A stretch of DNA of 63,645 bases, counting the filler, from Candidatus Coatesbacteria bacterium (GTDB lineage: Bacteria; JAFGND01): the NCBI GenBank assembly GCA_016927185.1. It is 7 parts of 7 records of this genome, joined end to end, with 100 filler letters (N's around TTAATTAATTAA, not from the genome) between each part and the next. Parts side by side here need not be neighbours in the genome. Positions count along the whole stretch, not along the records: positions 10,465 to 22,845 come from JAFGND010000074.1; 6 more parts are not named here. One strand, written 5' to 3'. Made by a program: the position numbers and the translations under genes. Within the stretch, counting starts at the first letter, position 1, and the number at the start of each line of letters is the position of its first letter. Positions 10,466-20,756 of this stretch are shown here, in pieces. Under the pieces are notes generated by a model that did not search any database, was not told the DNA's origin, and was given only the letters and a program-made list of their open reading frames with translations.

Positions 10466-11350
10466 GCAGCATTGAGAAATGGACCGGTTGGCACAGCAAT
10501 GCAGGCAACAGCAATGATGCTCAGATTCTACAAAGGTGGAACATTAGGAGAAGAAGCACCATCCTTGAACATTGGTTACCCACTTAACCATGGAGTAGTA
10601 ATAGTAGGCTGGGATGATGCAAGAAATGGTGGTTCCTGGAAATGGAAGAACAGCTGGGGAACTGGCTGGGGTGAACAAGGTTATGGCTGGACAAGATTCG
10701 GAACTTCAGAAATGGGTGCTTATACATGGAGTTGCACAGCTTTTTCAGAAGGCAGCCAGAAATCAATAACAGTAACTTATCCAAATGGTGGAGAACGCCT
10801 CCAGGGAAATTCACAGATTTATATTAGATGGACAACCACTGGGACTATTAACCTGGTTGATCTTTTCCTTACAACAAATTCTGGTTCATCCTGGGCAGCA
10901 ATTGCAACAAGGCAGAATAATAACGGTAGTTATGGCTGGACAGTACCTAATATTGACGCGATAAGCTGCAAGATTAGAGTAAAAGACAGTGAAGATACAG
11001 GTACAACATCTTATGATGACAGTGATAGAACATTCGAGATTTACAAATCCACTGGCTTCAAATATGCAAAAGATGCAATGTATCTACCTTCCAGGCTGTC
11101 ACTTTCTGTTTCTCCATCACCTTTCTTCAGCTCAGCTAAAGTCAGCTTCAATCTTCCAGTATCTGACAAAGTAGTAATTGAAGTCTATGATATTCAGGGA
11201 AGACTTGCAAAGAAAATGACATCTGCATACTACAATGCTGGAAGCCATACAATAATATGGAATGCAAATGACTTGCCGACAGGTGCATATATTGTTAAAA
11301 TGCTTACCAACAATACAACAATAACAAGAAACATCCTGCATCTGAAATAG
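10466..11350 (+). CDS. Papain-like C1 peptidase, C-terminal part, plus Ig-like domain and C-terminal sorting-type domain (5'-truncated)
   Basis: LNHGVVIVGWDD and KNSWGTGWGEQGY (catalytic His/Asn); PNGGE Ig-like repeat; PSPF...YDIQGR...GAYIV tail; paralog of 59439..62018. Confidence 0.85.
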   Translation, partial: AALRNGPVGTAMQATAMMLRFYKGGTLGEEAPSLNIGYPLNHGVVIVGWDDARNGGSWKWKNSWGTGWGEQGYGWTRFGTSEMGAYTWSCTAFSEGSQKSITVTYPNGGERLQGNSQIYIRWTTTGTINLVDLFLTTNSGSSWAAIATRQNNNGSYGWTVPNIDAISCKIRVKDSEDTGTTSYDDSDRTFEIYKSTGFKYAKDAMYLPSRLSLSVSPSPFFSSAKVSFNLPVSDKVVIEVYDIQGRLAKKMTSAYYNAGSHTIIWNANDLPTGAYIVKMLTNNTTITRNILHLK

Positions 11351-11369
11351 AAACAGTCATGTCATAAAG

Positions 11370-11401
11370 AAAAGAGCCAGAAAATTCTGGCTCTTTTTTT
11401 T
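11370..11401. terminator. Bidirectional intrinsic terminator
   Basis: AAAAGAGCCAGAA-AA-TTCTGGCTCTTTTTTT between convergent genes. Confidence 0.85.
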
Positions 11402-11419
11402 CACTTCTGTTTTTTCTTA

Positions 11420-12382
11420 TTATCTCAATATCACGGTTTTTGCTGTTGCGACTGTCTTGCCATCACTTGCTAATCTGTAAAAATAAATCCCTGCCGGCAG
11501 TTTCATGCCTTTCTCATCAGTTCCATTCCAGTATGAATACTGTATTCCATTATTGTATCGCTTTCTTGAAATGACTGCTTTTTTTCTCCCTTTCAAGTCA
11601 TAAACTGCGAGTTCAATTTCCTTGCCCCTCAAGTCATTCCCTATACAGTATGCAATCTTTGTCCTGTAAATGAAAGGATTGGGAGAATTAAGACAGAAAT
11701 GAGTTTTGACTGGGATATTTCTGCTGAATTGATCATCGCCTTCGAAGCCTTCCTTCTTGTCTGATACAATAGCCCTGAACATAGGTATCGAATTAGCTGT
11801 TGTACTTCTTGTCCAGGATGAACTGCTGTCTCTATAAGCATAATGCTCTCTTGATTGCTCTCCCATAGAAGTATCCTTGCCTACTCTCGGTTCTCTCTTG
11901 TCTTCTCCCCACCACATTACAAGCCAGAAAACCTGAGTGTCTGAACCAGTTACCTTGAGATCAGAAAAATCCATGCTTACCCATGCAGGACTTACTGGAG
12001 TGTCTGATATTGTAGATTCCTTTAGCTCCAGATCATTATCATCAGGGAAGTCATTGCTTGAATTCATCTGAACACTGAATTTCACTTTCTTTGTATGCCT
12101 GCTGGAATTGAACAGGTAAAACAATCCACCTCTTACATAGCAGGGAGTTTCAGGAGGATAAGGTGTTATGAAATGAACTCCAATTCTTGCACCTGCGTTA
12201 TCAGATACATAACTCCATGTTTCAGCTCCACCATCATCCCATTTCAAGGTATCTCCCTCAGCTCCTGTTTTGCTGTTCACCAGGGGAATATAATTTTTCA
12301 GTTCCGAATTGACAACCTTGTTGTTATCTGCAAACAAATTGCTGTAGGCCAGAAAAAACAATAATAAACAAGAAATTCGCAT
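11420..12382 (-). CDS. Secreted protein with FlgD-Ig/T9SS-type C-terminal domain
   Basis: Signal peptide; LKWDDG; NSPNPF...YDLKGR...WNGTDEKG..LPAGIYFYRL. Confidence 0.75.
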   Translation of the reverse strand: MRISCLLLFFLAYSNLFADNNKVVNSELKNYIPLVNSKTGAEGDTLKWDDGGAETWSYVSDNAGARIGVHFITPYPPETPCYVRGGLFYLFNSSRHTKKVKFSVQMNSSNDFPDDNDLELKESTISDTPVSPAWVSMDFSDLKVTGSDTQVFWLVMWWGEDKREPRVGKDTSMGEQSREHYAYRDSSSSWTRSTTANSIPMFRAIVSDKKEGFEGDDQFSRNIPVKTHFCLNSPNPFIYRTKIAYCIGNDLRGKEIELAVYDLKGRKKAVISRKRYNNGIQYSYWNGTDEKGMKLPAGIYFYRLASDGKTVATAKTVILR

Positions 12383-12391
12383 ATCAACTCC

Positions 12392-13150
12392 TTAATTATT
12401 TGTATAAGCAGATTGAAGAATTTCCTTCTGCCTGTCATTTTGAATAAAAGCCACAACGTACATTCTTTCTTTGTTCCATTTTCTGTCTATAGTAAACAAG
12501 TGCGAAACACTTATACTGTCTCCTGCACCAAATCTTACTTCATCTCCCAGATAATAACCAAAAGTGTCTCTTGCAACGCAATTCAATGTATATTGCCTTG
12601 ATGTCCCTTTGTCAGTATATATTATCCCATCTTCAAGTAATACCATTCTTAAATAGAAATCACCATTTCCTGGTGGGGAATTCACAATAATGGTTGCTTT
12701 TATTGAACTTCCTGCCCTTACTGAACCTGATAATCTCAGGTTTATAGGGGTTTGCATTTCCTGCCTGACTATCATAGCATCGTAATATTCATTATACATA
12801 TTACTTGAATAATATACTTTCTCTAATCCATCAAATATTGCAAGAGGCATTGAAGTAACATTATAATAATTGAACCTTGCCTGGGTTGTATCATTACCAA
12901 AAGTATCTCCGGATGAAGAATGCCATTGTATAACTGTCACCTTGTAAGCTTCCTCGCTTTTCAGCAAGTCAGCTGCCCTGTTTGCTCTGTCGCAATTCTC
13001 CATGTCAGTTGTTGTGGTAAAAAGCTCCAGAAGCACCAATCTGTTTGAAGCATCGTCATCATTATTATCGTATGGATTCGGCAGCTTCTCGCAAGAAAAG
13101 CATATCAATAACAAAGTGAAAACAGCTGCAAATGTTTTTCTCATATCCAT
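12392..13150 (-). CDS. Omp28-like thioredoxin-fold lipoprotein
   Basis: Lipobox CFSC; VLLELFT..., YYNVTSMPLAIFDG, VVAFIQN...EILQS. Confidence 0.7.
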   Translation of the reverse strand: MDMRKTFAAVFTLLLICFSCEKLPNPYDNNDDDASNRLVLLELFTTTTDMENCDRANRAADLLKSEEAYKVTVIQWHSSSGDTFGNDTTQARFNYYNVTSMPLAIFDGLEKVYYSSNMYNEYYDAMIVRQEMQTPINLRLSGSVRAGSSIKATIIVNSPPGNGDFYLRMVLLEDGIIYTDKGTSRQYTLNCVARDTFGYYLGDEVRFGAGDSISVSHLFTIDRKWNKERMYVVAFIQNDRQKEILQSAYTNN

Positions 13151-13279
13151 ACTTTTTAGACGGTCATGTTATTTGCCTGAAACCTAAATAAAGTCAAGAG
13201 ATTTAAATAACTTGATTTCTAAATTATTGCTTGACAAAGAGTATCACAATCCAGATTCATAAAAAGAAAAGGAGACATC

Positions 13280-14713
13280 ATGAAAAATATCATAATTTTA
13301 TTACTAGGTGTTTATGCATCCCTGAGTGGATTAAGCTGGTCTCACTGGCAAGGTAATGCACAGCATACTGGAAATCTCCAGTTGCCTTCAATATCATCTC
13401 CCATACAGCAATGGGCAAAGACAGGAGGCTCTTTTACTACAATAGATGGGGTAATAATATATAACATGCCATCACACGCTTCAAACATGCATACATATGA
13501 TTATTTTGGCAATTCGACATGGAATCAGGCATTACCGGATAAGGAATACTATTCACTTATTTCCGATGACAGATATGCATTCATAGATTACAGTGAATGG
13601 ACAAGATATGGAATAAAGTACTTCAGGTATTATTTCAGGGTATTCGACAAACAGCATAATGAATTGTGGAGCTGCCAGGCTTCTGGAGATTTCATGAACA
13701 ATGCTGGAAGGACTTATCAGGATGCAATCAAGGGAAACAATACCTGGATACTTGGAACAAACTACTGGTATGAAGGTTACTATTTTTATGGAACATTGTA
13801 TGTTTTCAACAGTTCAGGAACTGAACAATTTCATCTTGATGTAAATCCTTCCTTCTCAAGAAATTCCCTTGCCATAGACAGGAACAACAGCGTAATTTAT
13901 ATAGCAGGTGAAAAAGGCTATTATATGGCTGATGAATACCCAGCAGCAGTAGTTGCAGTTAACATGAATGGAACACAGAAGTGGAAGAGGGATTTCAGTT
14001 CCCCTACTGCTTCATTCAAGCATTCACCGATTATCGAGGATCTGACTTCAAATCTTCATTTATATGCAACTTTTGACACAACATTGTATTGCATTAATGG
14101 AAGTGACGGAAGCATAAGCTGGCAAAAGGAAGGAGCTACTAATGCTCCTGCTGTAGATATGAACAATAATGGTCTTGTTTTCTCACCATCAAGAACAAAG
14201 CTTTCCCAATATTCATCATCAGGCAATCTCAACTGCTCTTATACTTTTCCTTCTGAAATAAAGAGTCCACCAATTATTGATACTACAGGTAATGTTTATA
14301 TTGCATGCAATCAAAGGCTTTACTCACTTACAAACAATCTTTCGTTAAGATGGCAGCTTGATGTAAGCAATATAAATAGCGAAGTCAATCTTCTTTTGGG
14401 AGATTATATGTATATCTTCGTAAATAACAAGACTGCTGGAACTCTTACCTGCATATCTGACAGGACTTCTGTAAAACGCTTCCTTGTTGATATTCCTGAA
14501 AAGGAATCCTTGTTCTCATGTTATCCCAATCCTTTCAGGGAGAGATTGTTCGTGAAATCTGAAAGCAGGATTGAAATTTATACTATTGAAGGCAGGCTTA
14601 TGATGATTAAGGAGAAGGGTAATCAGATAATTGATACAAAAGATTTTGCAAAAGGGATATACCTGATTAAATCTGGGAAAAAAACAAGGACAGTAGTAAA
14701 AATCGAGGATTAA
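13280..14713 (+). CDS. Secreted PQQ-like beta-propeller protein with C-terminal sorting-type domain
   Basis: Signal peptide; WSHWQGNAQHTG; GTQKWK and SPPII repeats; CYPNPF...GIYLIK tail; AGGAG RBS. Confidence 0.7.
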   Translation: MKNIIILLLGVYASLSGLSWSHWQGNAQHTGNLQLPSISSPIQQWAKTGGSFTTIDGVIIYNMPSHASNMHTYDYFGNSTWNQALPDKEYYSLISDDRYAFIDYSEWTRYGIKYFRYYFRVFDKQHNELWSCQASGDFMNNAGRTYQDAIKGNNTWILGTNYWYEGYYFYGTLYVFNSSGTEQFHLDVNPSFSRNSLAIDRNNSVIYIAGEKGYYMADEYPAAVVAVNMNGTQKWKRDFSSPTASFKHSPIIEDLTSNLHLYATFDTTLYCINGSDGSISWQKEGATNAPAVDMNNNGLVFSPSRTKLSQYSSSGNLNCSYTFPSEIKSPPIIDTTGNVYIACNQRLYSLTNNLSLRWQLDVSNINSEVNLLLGDYMYIFVNNKTAGTLTCISDRTSVKRFLVDIPEKESLFSCYPNPFRERLFVKSESRIEIYTIEGRLMMIKEKGNQIIDTKDFAKGIYLIKSGKKTRTVVKIED

Positions 14714-14774
14714 CTAATAAGCTTGACGCAAACTGTGCTTTCCTGTTGTACTTCCAGCATTTCAGGAGGAAAGT

Positions 14775-15407
14775 TTGAAATATAAAATAATTCTTGTTTT
14801 CATATTCTTATTTTTTATCTCATGTGCCAGAAAGACAACAGATGAAGATTCTGTTAAGAAGACAGAACAGACAGAAGAAAAGAAGCAGACTGAACCTGAG
14901 AAAAACGGAAATCATCTATGGAAAACCTGTAAGGATTCACTATCAGTCACTCCTCTAGATGGCTTCATGAAGACAAAAGATGGAAAAGTTGAAAAATTTT
15001 CCGGGAAATGGACTTCCATAAGAAGATATGGAAGAGCATTAAGGATAGAATTCTCAAACAAGGCTCCTGCAAATCCTGACACTCCAATAGTCACTGCTAA
15101 TAATGCATTTCATATTATTCTAGGACAGGTGAAACCGGATGAGGTATTCAAGAAAACCTTTGAAGATACTGTTGATGAAGCATTGTATGATTCATATTAC
15201 CATATCAACCAGAAAAACAATGTTTCATATGAAATTCCTCATGGTGACTGGTCATTGACTCTGAAAATCGGGAAAATAGAATCTGCAGCAGTAGAGGGAG
15301 AATTAAATTTGCAGATTAAAAGCAAGGATAACAAGGAAGTTGTTGGAGAGCTTAAAGGATACTTCAAGGCTCTTGCATACCCTAAAGATCTACTTGTCAC
15401 GAAGTAG
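14775..15407 (+). CDS. Hypothetical lipoprotein
   Basis: AGGAGG RBS, TTG start, lipobox FISC. Confidence 0.65.
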   Translation: MKYKIILVFIFLFFISCARKTTDEDSVKKTEQTEEKKQTEPEKNGNHLWKTCKDSLSVTPLDGFMKTKDGKVEKFSGKWTSIRRYGRALRIEFSNKAPANPDTPIVTANNAFHIILGQVKPDEVFKKTFEDTVDEALYDSYYHINQKNNVSYEIPHGDWSLTLKIGKIESAAVEGELNLQIKSKDNKEVVGELKGYFKALAYPKDLLVTK

Positions 15408-16592
15408 CAAGGGAGACCATATTTCAAGATGATCTGTCTGAGGGAAGAAATCCACTGTGCTTATTATATCACATTTATAACCAATATCTATTAGTATTTC
15501 AATATCTCTCAGGAAACTCGGTGGATCGCAGGAAATATATATAATCTGCCTTGGTTTCTTTATCAATAGTTGCCTTAGAAGATTCTTGTCAAGTCCATCC
15601 CTTGGTGGATCAAGAAGTATGCAGGCATAGTCAAGACAAGATTGATTTCTCAAGAATTCAATATCCGACTGATTGAAGTATTCGACATTATTGAAACCAT
15701 TTATAATTGCATTCCTTGAAGATTGATCCGCATTCTCTTTGTCTATATCACAACCCAATACTTTCCTGAAAAATGGAGCAAGGGCAATACTGAAGAAACC
15801 TACACCACAATGCAAATCAATGAGAAGATCCTTTTCATAAGCACTCAGATATGCATTTATTTGCTGTGTCAAACGTCTTGCCATCACCGGATTGATCTGG
15901 AAAAAATGCCTGGCATTATACTGATAAGCGAATGTCTTTCCTGAATGTCTTATAATCGTATTGAGTGTCTTGTCAGTTTTCAACACCTCAATATCAGGTG
16001 AAAAATAATCCACTTCGTTTTCATCACATCTTGCCATTATTCTTATCAAATCTATGTTCCCTTTAACATCATTTCCAATTCTATCCTTTATGCTGTCTTT
16101 TATATCATTTATCTTTTCATCTATAATCATGCAATTATCTATTTCCACAATATTGCATGAATTTTCCTCAAGCAATCCAATCTTTGTTTTTTCATCATTT
16201 ACTGAAGCTCTGTAAGTGACTTTCTGTCTGTAATTCCAGCAATCTCCCTGAAGAACTGGTGTTGTTTCTATCTTCCCCTTGAAATTCCTTCTTATCAATT
16301 CTTCAAGCATATCCAGCTTTAAATCCTTCTGAAATTCAGTATCAGTATGCTGCAAGTTGCATCCACCACACATTCCGTAAAACTTACATTTGGGGGTGAT
16401 GCGTCTTTTGGAAGGATTAATTATCTTGATTACCTTGCCCCATGAAACTCCTCTTTTCTTTCCGGTTATTTCAACCTCTACTTCCTCATCCGGGAGGACA
16501 TATGGGATAAGTATTATTCCATGATTCCTGTCTCTGAGAAGTCCAAAAGCTCCCCAGATTAGTTTTTCTATTGAACCTTGCACTATTTCCAT
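15390..16592 (-). CDS. rlmD: 23S rRNA m5U methyltransferase, RlmD/TrmA family
   Basis: TRAM-like N-terminus, CKFYGMCGGC Fe-S motif, FFQIN, DLHCGVG, LDPPR, YISCDP, DFFPQTDHLE. Confidence 0.85.
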   Translation of the reverse strand: MEIVQGSIEKLIWGAFGLLRDRNHGIILIPYVLPDEEVEVEITGKKRGVSWGKVIKIINPSKRRITPKCKFYGMCGGCNLQHTDTEFQKDLKLDMLEELIRRNFKGKIETTPVLQGDCWNYRQKVTYRASVNDEKTKIGLLEENSCNIVEIDNCMIIDEKINDIKDSIKDRIGNDVKGNIDLIRIMARCDENEVDYFSPDIEVLKTDKTLNTIIRHSGKTFAYQYNARHFFQINPVMARRLTQQINAYLSAYEKDLLIDLHCGVGFFSIALAPFFRKVLGCDIDKENADQSSRNAIINGFNNVEYFNQSDIEFLRNQSCLDYACILLDPPRDGLDKNLLRQLLIKKPRQIIYISCDPPSFLRDIEILIDIGYKCDIISTVDFFPQTDHLEIWSPLLLRDK

Positions 16593-17335
16593 TAAAATAC
16601 CTTGAGAAGTTTCAAACCACTCAGGACAACTGCTGCAACAATAGCATAATTGACAAATGAAGAATCCTTTTTAAGTGCAAGATGTGTTCCAAGATATCCT
16701 CCAAGCATACTTCCGCATGTCAATATCATTGCAGGGAATAGTTCAACCTTTCCTCCTATAGCATAAATTATTAATGAAGGTAGTATAAAAATCAGCACTG
16801 TTGTTATTTTTGCTGAATTGACTTTAACCATATCGTCTACATAACAGAATGAAATAGCTGCTATAAGAAATAATCCAACACCTGCCTGGAAAAGCCCTCC
16901 GTAAAATCCTATCAATATGAATATTGGGGCAATTATATACCATGGCTGCTTCCTGGTATTCCTTATCTTGAGTTTTGATTTGAAAACAGTGAGTACAGCG
17001 AAAAATATGATTATTATTCCGAATATTGTTTGCAAAGTATCTGACTTTATCCTTATTCCAAGAAGTGAACCTGCCACTGATCCGATAACAGTCCAGCCAG
17101 CAAGCTTAAGCCCAATCATTATACCTTCTCTTGCCTTACTCATGAATTTATAAACAGAAAGTACATTCTGAAAGAAAATCCCTATCCTGTTGGTTCCGTT
17201 TGCTATATCCGCAGGAAGACCAAGAAAAATCAAGGCAGGTATAGTAAGAACACTTCCAGCTCCTGCAAGTATATTTATTATCCCTGCAACAAAACCTGCA
17301 AGAAAAATCAACAAGTATTTAAGCCATGTTTCCAT
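16592..17335 (-). CDS. TauE/SafE (TSUP) family membrane transporter
   Basis: GFVAGIINILAGAG, ANGTN, IGFYGGLFQAGVG; hydrophobic helices. Confidence 0.85.
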   Translation of the reverse strand: METWLKYLLIFLAGFVAGIINILAGAGSVLTIPALIFLGLPADIANGTNRIGIFFQNVLSVYKFMSKAREGIMIGLKLAGWTVIGSVAGSLLGIRIKSDTLQTIFGIIIIFFAVLTVFKSKLKIRNTRKQPWYIIAPIFILIGFYGGLFQAGVGLFLIAAISFCYVDDMVKVNSAKITTVLIFILPSLIIYAIGGKVELFPAMILTCGSMLGGYLGTHLALKKDSSFVNYAIVAAVVLSGLKLLKVF

Positions 17336-18475
17336 TTACTTAATTATATTACAGTCAACAAGATACGGTGAATTGAAAGATGTTCTGTCTCCTTCCTTCA
17401 GATTTGGAATCGGAAGCAGTCTTGCTGACAATGGTTTATCCAGTTTTATGGCAAGCGATGCAACATCAAGAAGCATTGCTGAAAGTGTTTCCTCAGATAT
17501 GTTGCCTGAAAGTGGAATTGTGTCCAGTCCACAACCACAAACAGAGGAAAATAAAAGAATATCATTTATTCCAAATGCTTTTTCATCAGAACGTCGTGCC
17601 AGACCAATATCCTCACAGATTGGCAGCATCAATCCTGAATATCCGCACAACTTGATATCCATCTCCCTTATTACAGATGTCACCATTGCTGCAATTGACA
17701 ATGTCATAGGGGAGCCGAATTTTCCAGTACTCAGTTTTTCAAATGCAAAAGCAATGCTTCCATTTTCTGAAAGCGAGGGATTTATTGATGCATCTATTCC
17801 CATGTATTTTATGGAATTATCTTCTGCTATCTCACTGGATATTGCTTCAATTTTCTTCAATTCACCTTCATAGATATTCTTGAAATTCACTCTTGCTTCC
17901 TTCAAATCTGAAGACAATGAAAAAGCTTTCATCAGAATATCAGCTGATTCAAGTCCAATTCCAAATCCGGTTTCTCCTTCATGATATGCAGATGGGAAAA
18001 AGGGTATTCCTGGAGGACAATTGGCAATTGCAGCAAAACGAAAATTCCCGTTCCCATTGATTTCATTGACTGATATTTCTTTTATCAATCTGGAAGTAGC
18101 AGATATTTTCCCATAATCTATTGACTTTCCTTTTGTTATCATTGAGGAAGCAGATATAATGTCGGAGTTTAAATTGATATCTTTCAATAATGAAACATGT
18201 TCAGTATTATTGGAATAGCCGATTCCAAGGAAACTTACGTCATTCTCTTTGCAAATCGTGTTCATCAATATAAATAGCGAAATTATCTCATTCCTGTCCA
18301 TTTTCTCAGTATATTGGCCATAAGGATTAGTTGCAATTCTTGTTGTCTGGACTTCATAACCTCTTTCCTTGAAATATCTTGCAGCCTTCCTGTTGAATTC
18401 TGCAGCCTTTACAAGCTGTTTCTCATTGAAGCCATATTTCAATGCCAAACCAGTTGTAATTGTCCTTATTTTCAT
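17336..18475 (-). CDS. DUF711/UPF0210 family protein
   Basis: MKIRTITTG start, PFFPSAY, GYSGLMLPICED, SSVCGCGLDTIPL, KPLSARLLP. Confidence 0.8.
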   Translation of the reverse strand: MKIRTITTGLALKYGFNEKQLVKAAEFNRKAARYFKERGYEVQTTRIATNPYGQYTEKMDRNEIISLFILMNTICKENDVSFLGIGYSNNTEHVSLLKDINLNSDIISASSMITKGKSIDYGKISATSRLIKEISVNEINGNGNFRFAAIANCPPGIPFFPSAYHEGETGFGIGLESADILMKAFSLSSDLKEARVNFKNIYEGELKKIEAISSEIAEDNSIKYMGIDASINPSLSENGSIAFAFEKLSTGKFGSPMTLSIAAMVTSVIREMDIKLCGYSGLMLPICEDIGLARRSDEKAFGINDILLFSSVCGCGLDTIPLSGNISEETLSAMLLDVASLAIKLDKPLSARLLPIPNLKEGDRTSFNSPYLVDCNIIK

Positions 18476-18595
18476 GAATAACCTTGAACACTGCATCAGT
18501 CTAATATGTAAAGTGTTTTTTATGAATCTTCATTTCAGTTGACAGGAAAACTCTATTTTTCTTTTGTTTCAAGTGATTTTCATGAAAGGAGAAAT

Positions 18596-19456
18596 ATGAA
18601 ATATGCATTTATCTTGATGATTTTGGCCTTGTTTGTTATCAATTGCGGTGGAGGGAAAAAGCCACCTGATTTATCTGTACCTGATACGATACCTCCTGTT
18701 GACAAGAAAGTGGCGAAAAATGATGATGATATCAAGAAGGAAGAACCTCAGAAAATTGATCCTAAATTCATATATACATTCAAGGTTACACTGATTGCCT
18801 TCAAGGAATCTGTTCCAATTGCCAATCCAAAACTTACCAAGGAACAGGCAAAAAAGAAGGCAGAAGAACTTCAGGCACAATTGTCAAAAAAGGATGCTGA
18901 CTGGGCAAAAATAACTGAAAAAGCTGATGTCGAAAAACAGCAGTTCAAGAAAGGGTATTCTGTTCTGGCAATGAATTTCACTAATCCTGAAAAACTCCCT
19001 CCAGAATTGGGACTCCATCTAACGAAACTCAAGGTTGGAGATATCTCTGCACCCATTGAAACAAAAGCAGGATTTTATGTTTTCCAGAGGATTGAAACTG
19101 AGGAATATACTGCAAGGCATGTACTTGTGATGTACAAGGGATCTCAAAATGCCCCTGCGGAAATAACCAGAACAAAAGAGGAAGCTAAAAAGAAGTCTGA
19201 AGAAATACTGAAGCAGCTGAAAGCTCCTGATGCTGATTTCGCAACTATTGCTGCAAAGAATTCTGATTGTCCTTCAAAGAAACAGGGAGGATTTCTTGGC
19301 TCCTTTATAAGAGGAAGCGGTCAACTGGATCAGGATTTCGAGGAAGCGACTGTCAAGCTTAAACCGGGTGAGACTTCAAATGTCGTTGAAACCCAGTTCG
19401 GTTTTCATATTATCAAAAGGGAATCAACTACTGAAAAGCCTAAATCACAAGACTAA
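18596..19456 (+). CDS. Parvulin/PpiC-type peptidyl-prolyl isomerase lipoprotein
   Basis: AAGGAG RBS; lipobox VINC; ARHVLV, SDCPSKKQGGFLG, VETQFGFHII. Confidence 0.88.
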   Translation: MKYAFILMILALFVINCGGGKKPPDLSVPDTIPPVDKKVAKNDDDIKKEEPQKIDPKFIYTFKVTLIAFKESVPIANPKLTKEQAKKKAEELQAQLSKKDADWAKITEKADVEKQQFKKGYSVLAMNFTNPEKLPPELGLHLTKLKVGDISAPIETKAGFYVFQRIETEEYTARHVLVMYKGSQNAPAEITRTKEEAKKKSEEILKQLKAPDADFATIAAKNSDCPSKKQGGFLGSFIRGSGQLDQDFEEATVKLKPGETSNVVETQFGFHIIKRESTTEKPKSQD

Positions 19457-19467
19457 CCCAAGAAATA

Positions 19468-19497
19468 AAAAAAAGCTCGTTTAAAACGAGCTTTTTT
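19468..19497. terminator. Bidirectional intrinsic terminator
   Basis: AAAAAAAGCTCGTTT-A-AAACGAGCTTTTTT between convergent genes. Confidence 0.85.
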
Positions 19498-19520
19498 GTG
19501 GAAGAGATTTTCATTAATAA

Positions 19521-19790
19521 TTAAGTAGTTTCCGTTTTCTTCTTCACCTTTTTAACAGGTTTCGCTTTTGTTGAGTTTTTTACTACTTTTACCCCGGTTT
19601 TAACCGGAGCGGTATTTAATGATTGTAATTTTGTAGCCAACCATTTCTGAGATTCTGTCTCAATCCAGTCTCTGAATGCAGCTTCAAAACCAACATCCTG
19701 ATGCTGGTTTTCACTCATTATCCATTTGTGCCTGTTTATCTCTTCCAACAAGTCGGAGCAAAAACCATTGAAATTCTCTGGCTTAAGCAT
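19521..19790 (-). CDS. Small DUF4032-like protein with Lys-rich tail
   Basis: EINRHKWIMSE...DVGFEAAFRDW; AGGAGG RBS. Confidence 0.65.
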   Translation of the reverse strand: MLKPENFNGFCSDLLEEINRHKWIMSENQHQDVGFEAAFRDWIETESQKWLATKLQSLNTAPVKTGVKVVKNSTKAKPVKKVKKKTETT

Positions 19791-19934
19791 TTTCTACCTC
19801 CTTGATGTTTCAGCACTTACAATGAAACATACATGAAAAACATTAAGATAGGAAAAACTTTTTTAATTGATTAATATTGTCAAGCCTAAAAAAGAAAATC
19901 TTCATAATACTTTATGATTAAATAATTTATGGAA

Positions 19935-20756
19935 TTAAACCTCTATAAGGGAAGTCTCTTTTGCAATTGAAATATTCATGTCGTTTTTCTTACCTTTAAT
20001 TTCAGCTTCCACTTTTTCAAGATAGGCATCCTCATGTGATGGATCATGATGAAACAAAAGGAGATTCCTGCAATTTGCTGAAATTCCGTTTGAAATTGCA
20101 AGGCTTATGGAAGAGTGACCATAACTGAGCCTTTTTGTATATTCCTCATCTGAAAATTGTGCATCATGCATCAACAAATCGCAATCCTTGCATAATTCCA
20201 GCACCCTGTCATTATAAACAGATGGACGTGCATTATGATCCGTTATCATGCAGAATGATTTTTCATCTGCTTCTATTCTGTAACCAAGCGTTTTTGTTGT
20301 ATGATCCGTCAGAACGGTAGAAACCTTGAATCCATCTATTATATAATCCTCTGATTCAAACAATGGCTGAAAATCTATCTTGGCAGCAACGTTTTTCAAG
20401 GATCTTAATGGAGAGTATTGTTCCTGGAAAAGATTCTCGAAAATATCAAGCAGATTCTTTTCAGTCCCTTCTGGAGAATATATAGTAATGTGAGACTCAG
20501 GATCCTGAATTGGCAGGAAAAAAACAAAACCGGAAATATGATCCAGATGTGTATGGGAGAACAGTATATGATATCTTTTGTCAGGAGCAGGTTTCGCTTC
20601 TTTTCCTCTTCTTATTATTCCAGTTCCAGCATCAACTAAAAGCTCGTTTCCGTTTTCTGAAAACACCTGAATACATGTTGTGTTTCCACCATATATCTTT
20701 GTAGATTTCCCCGGGCTTACAGTCACCCCTCTTGTTCCCCAGATTTTTATTTGCAA
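19935..20756 (-). CDS. MBL-fold metallo-hydrolase (RNase Z/phosphodiesterase-like)
   Basis: WGTRG, GGNTTC, DAGTG, SHTHLDH, GHSS, FHHDP. Confidence 0.88.
   Translation of the reverse strand: MQIKIWGTRGVTVSPGKSTKIYGGNTTCIQVFSENGNELLVDAGTGIIRRGKEAKPAPDKRYHILFSHTHLDHISGFVFFLPIQDPESHITIYSPEGTEKNLLDIFENLFQEQYSPLRSLKNVAAKIDFQPLFESEDYIIDGFKVSTVLTDHTTKTLGYRIEADEKSFCMITDHNARPSVYNDRVLELCKDCDLLMHDAQFSDEEYTKRLSYGHSSISLAISNGISANCRNLLLFHHDPSHEDAYLEKVEAEIKGKKNDMNISIAKETSLIEV

Noticed and set aside
17190-17873. 227-aa plus-strand ORF and similar shadow ORFs (e.g. 23061..23534, 28192..28674)
   Set aside because: Antisense to well-supported genes and without recognisable motifs.
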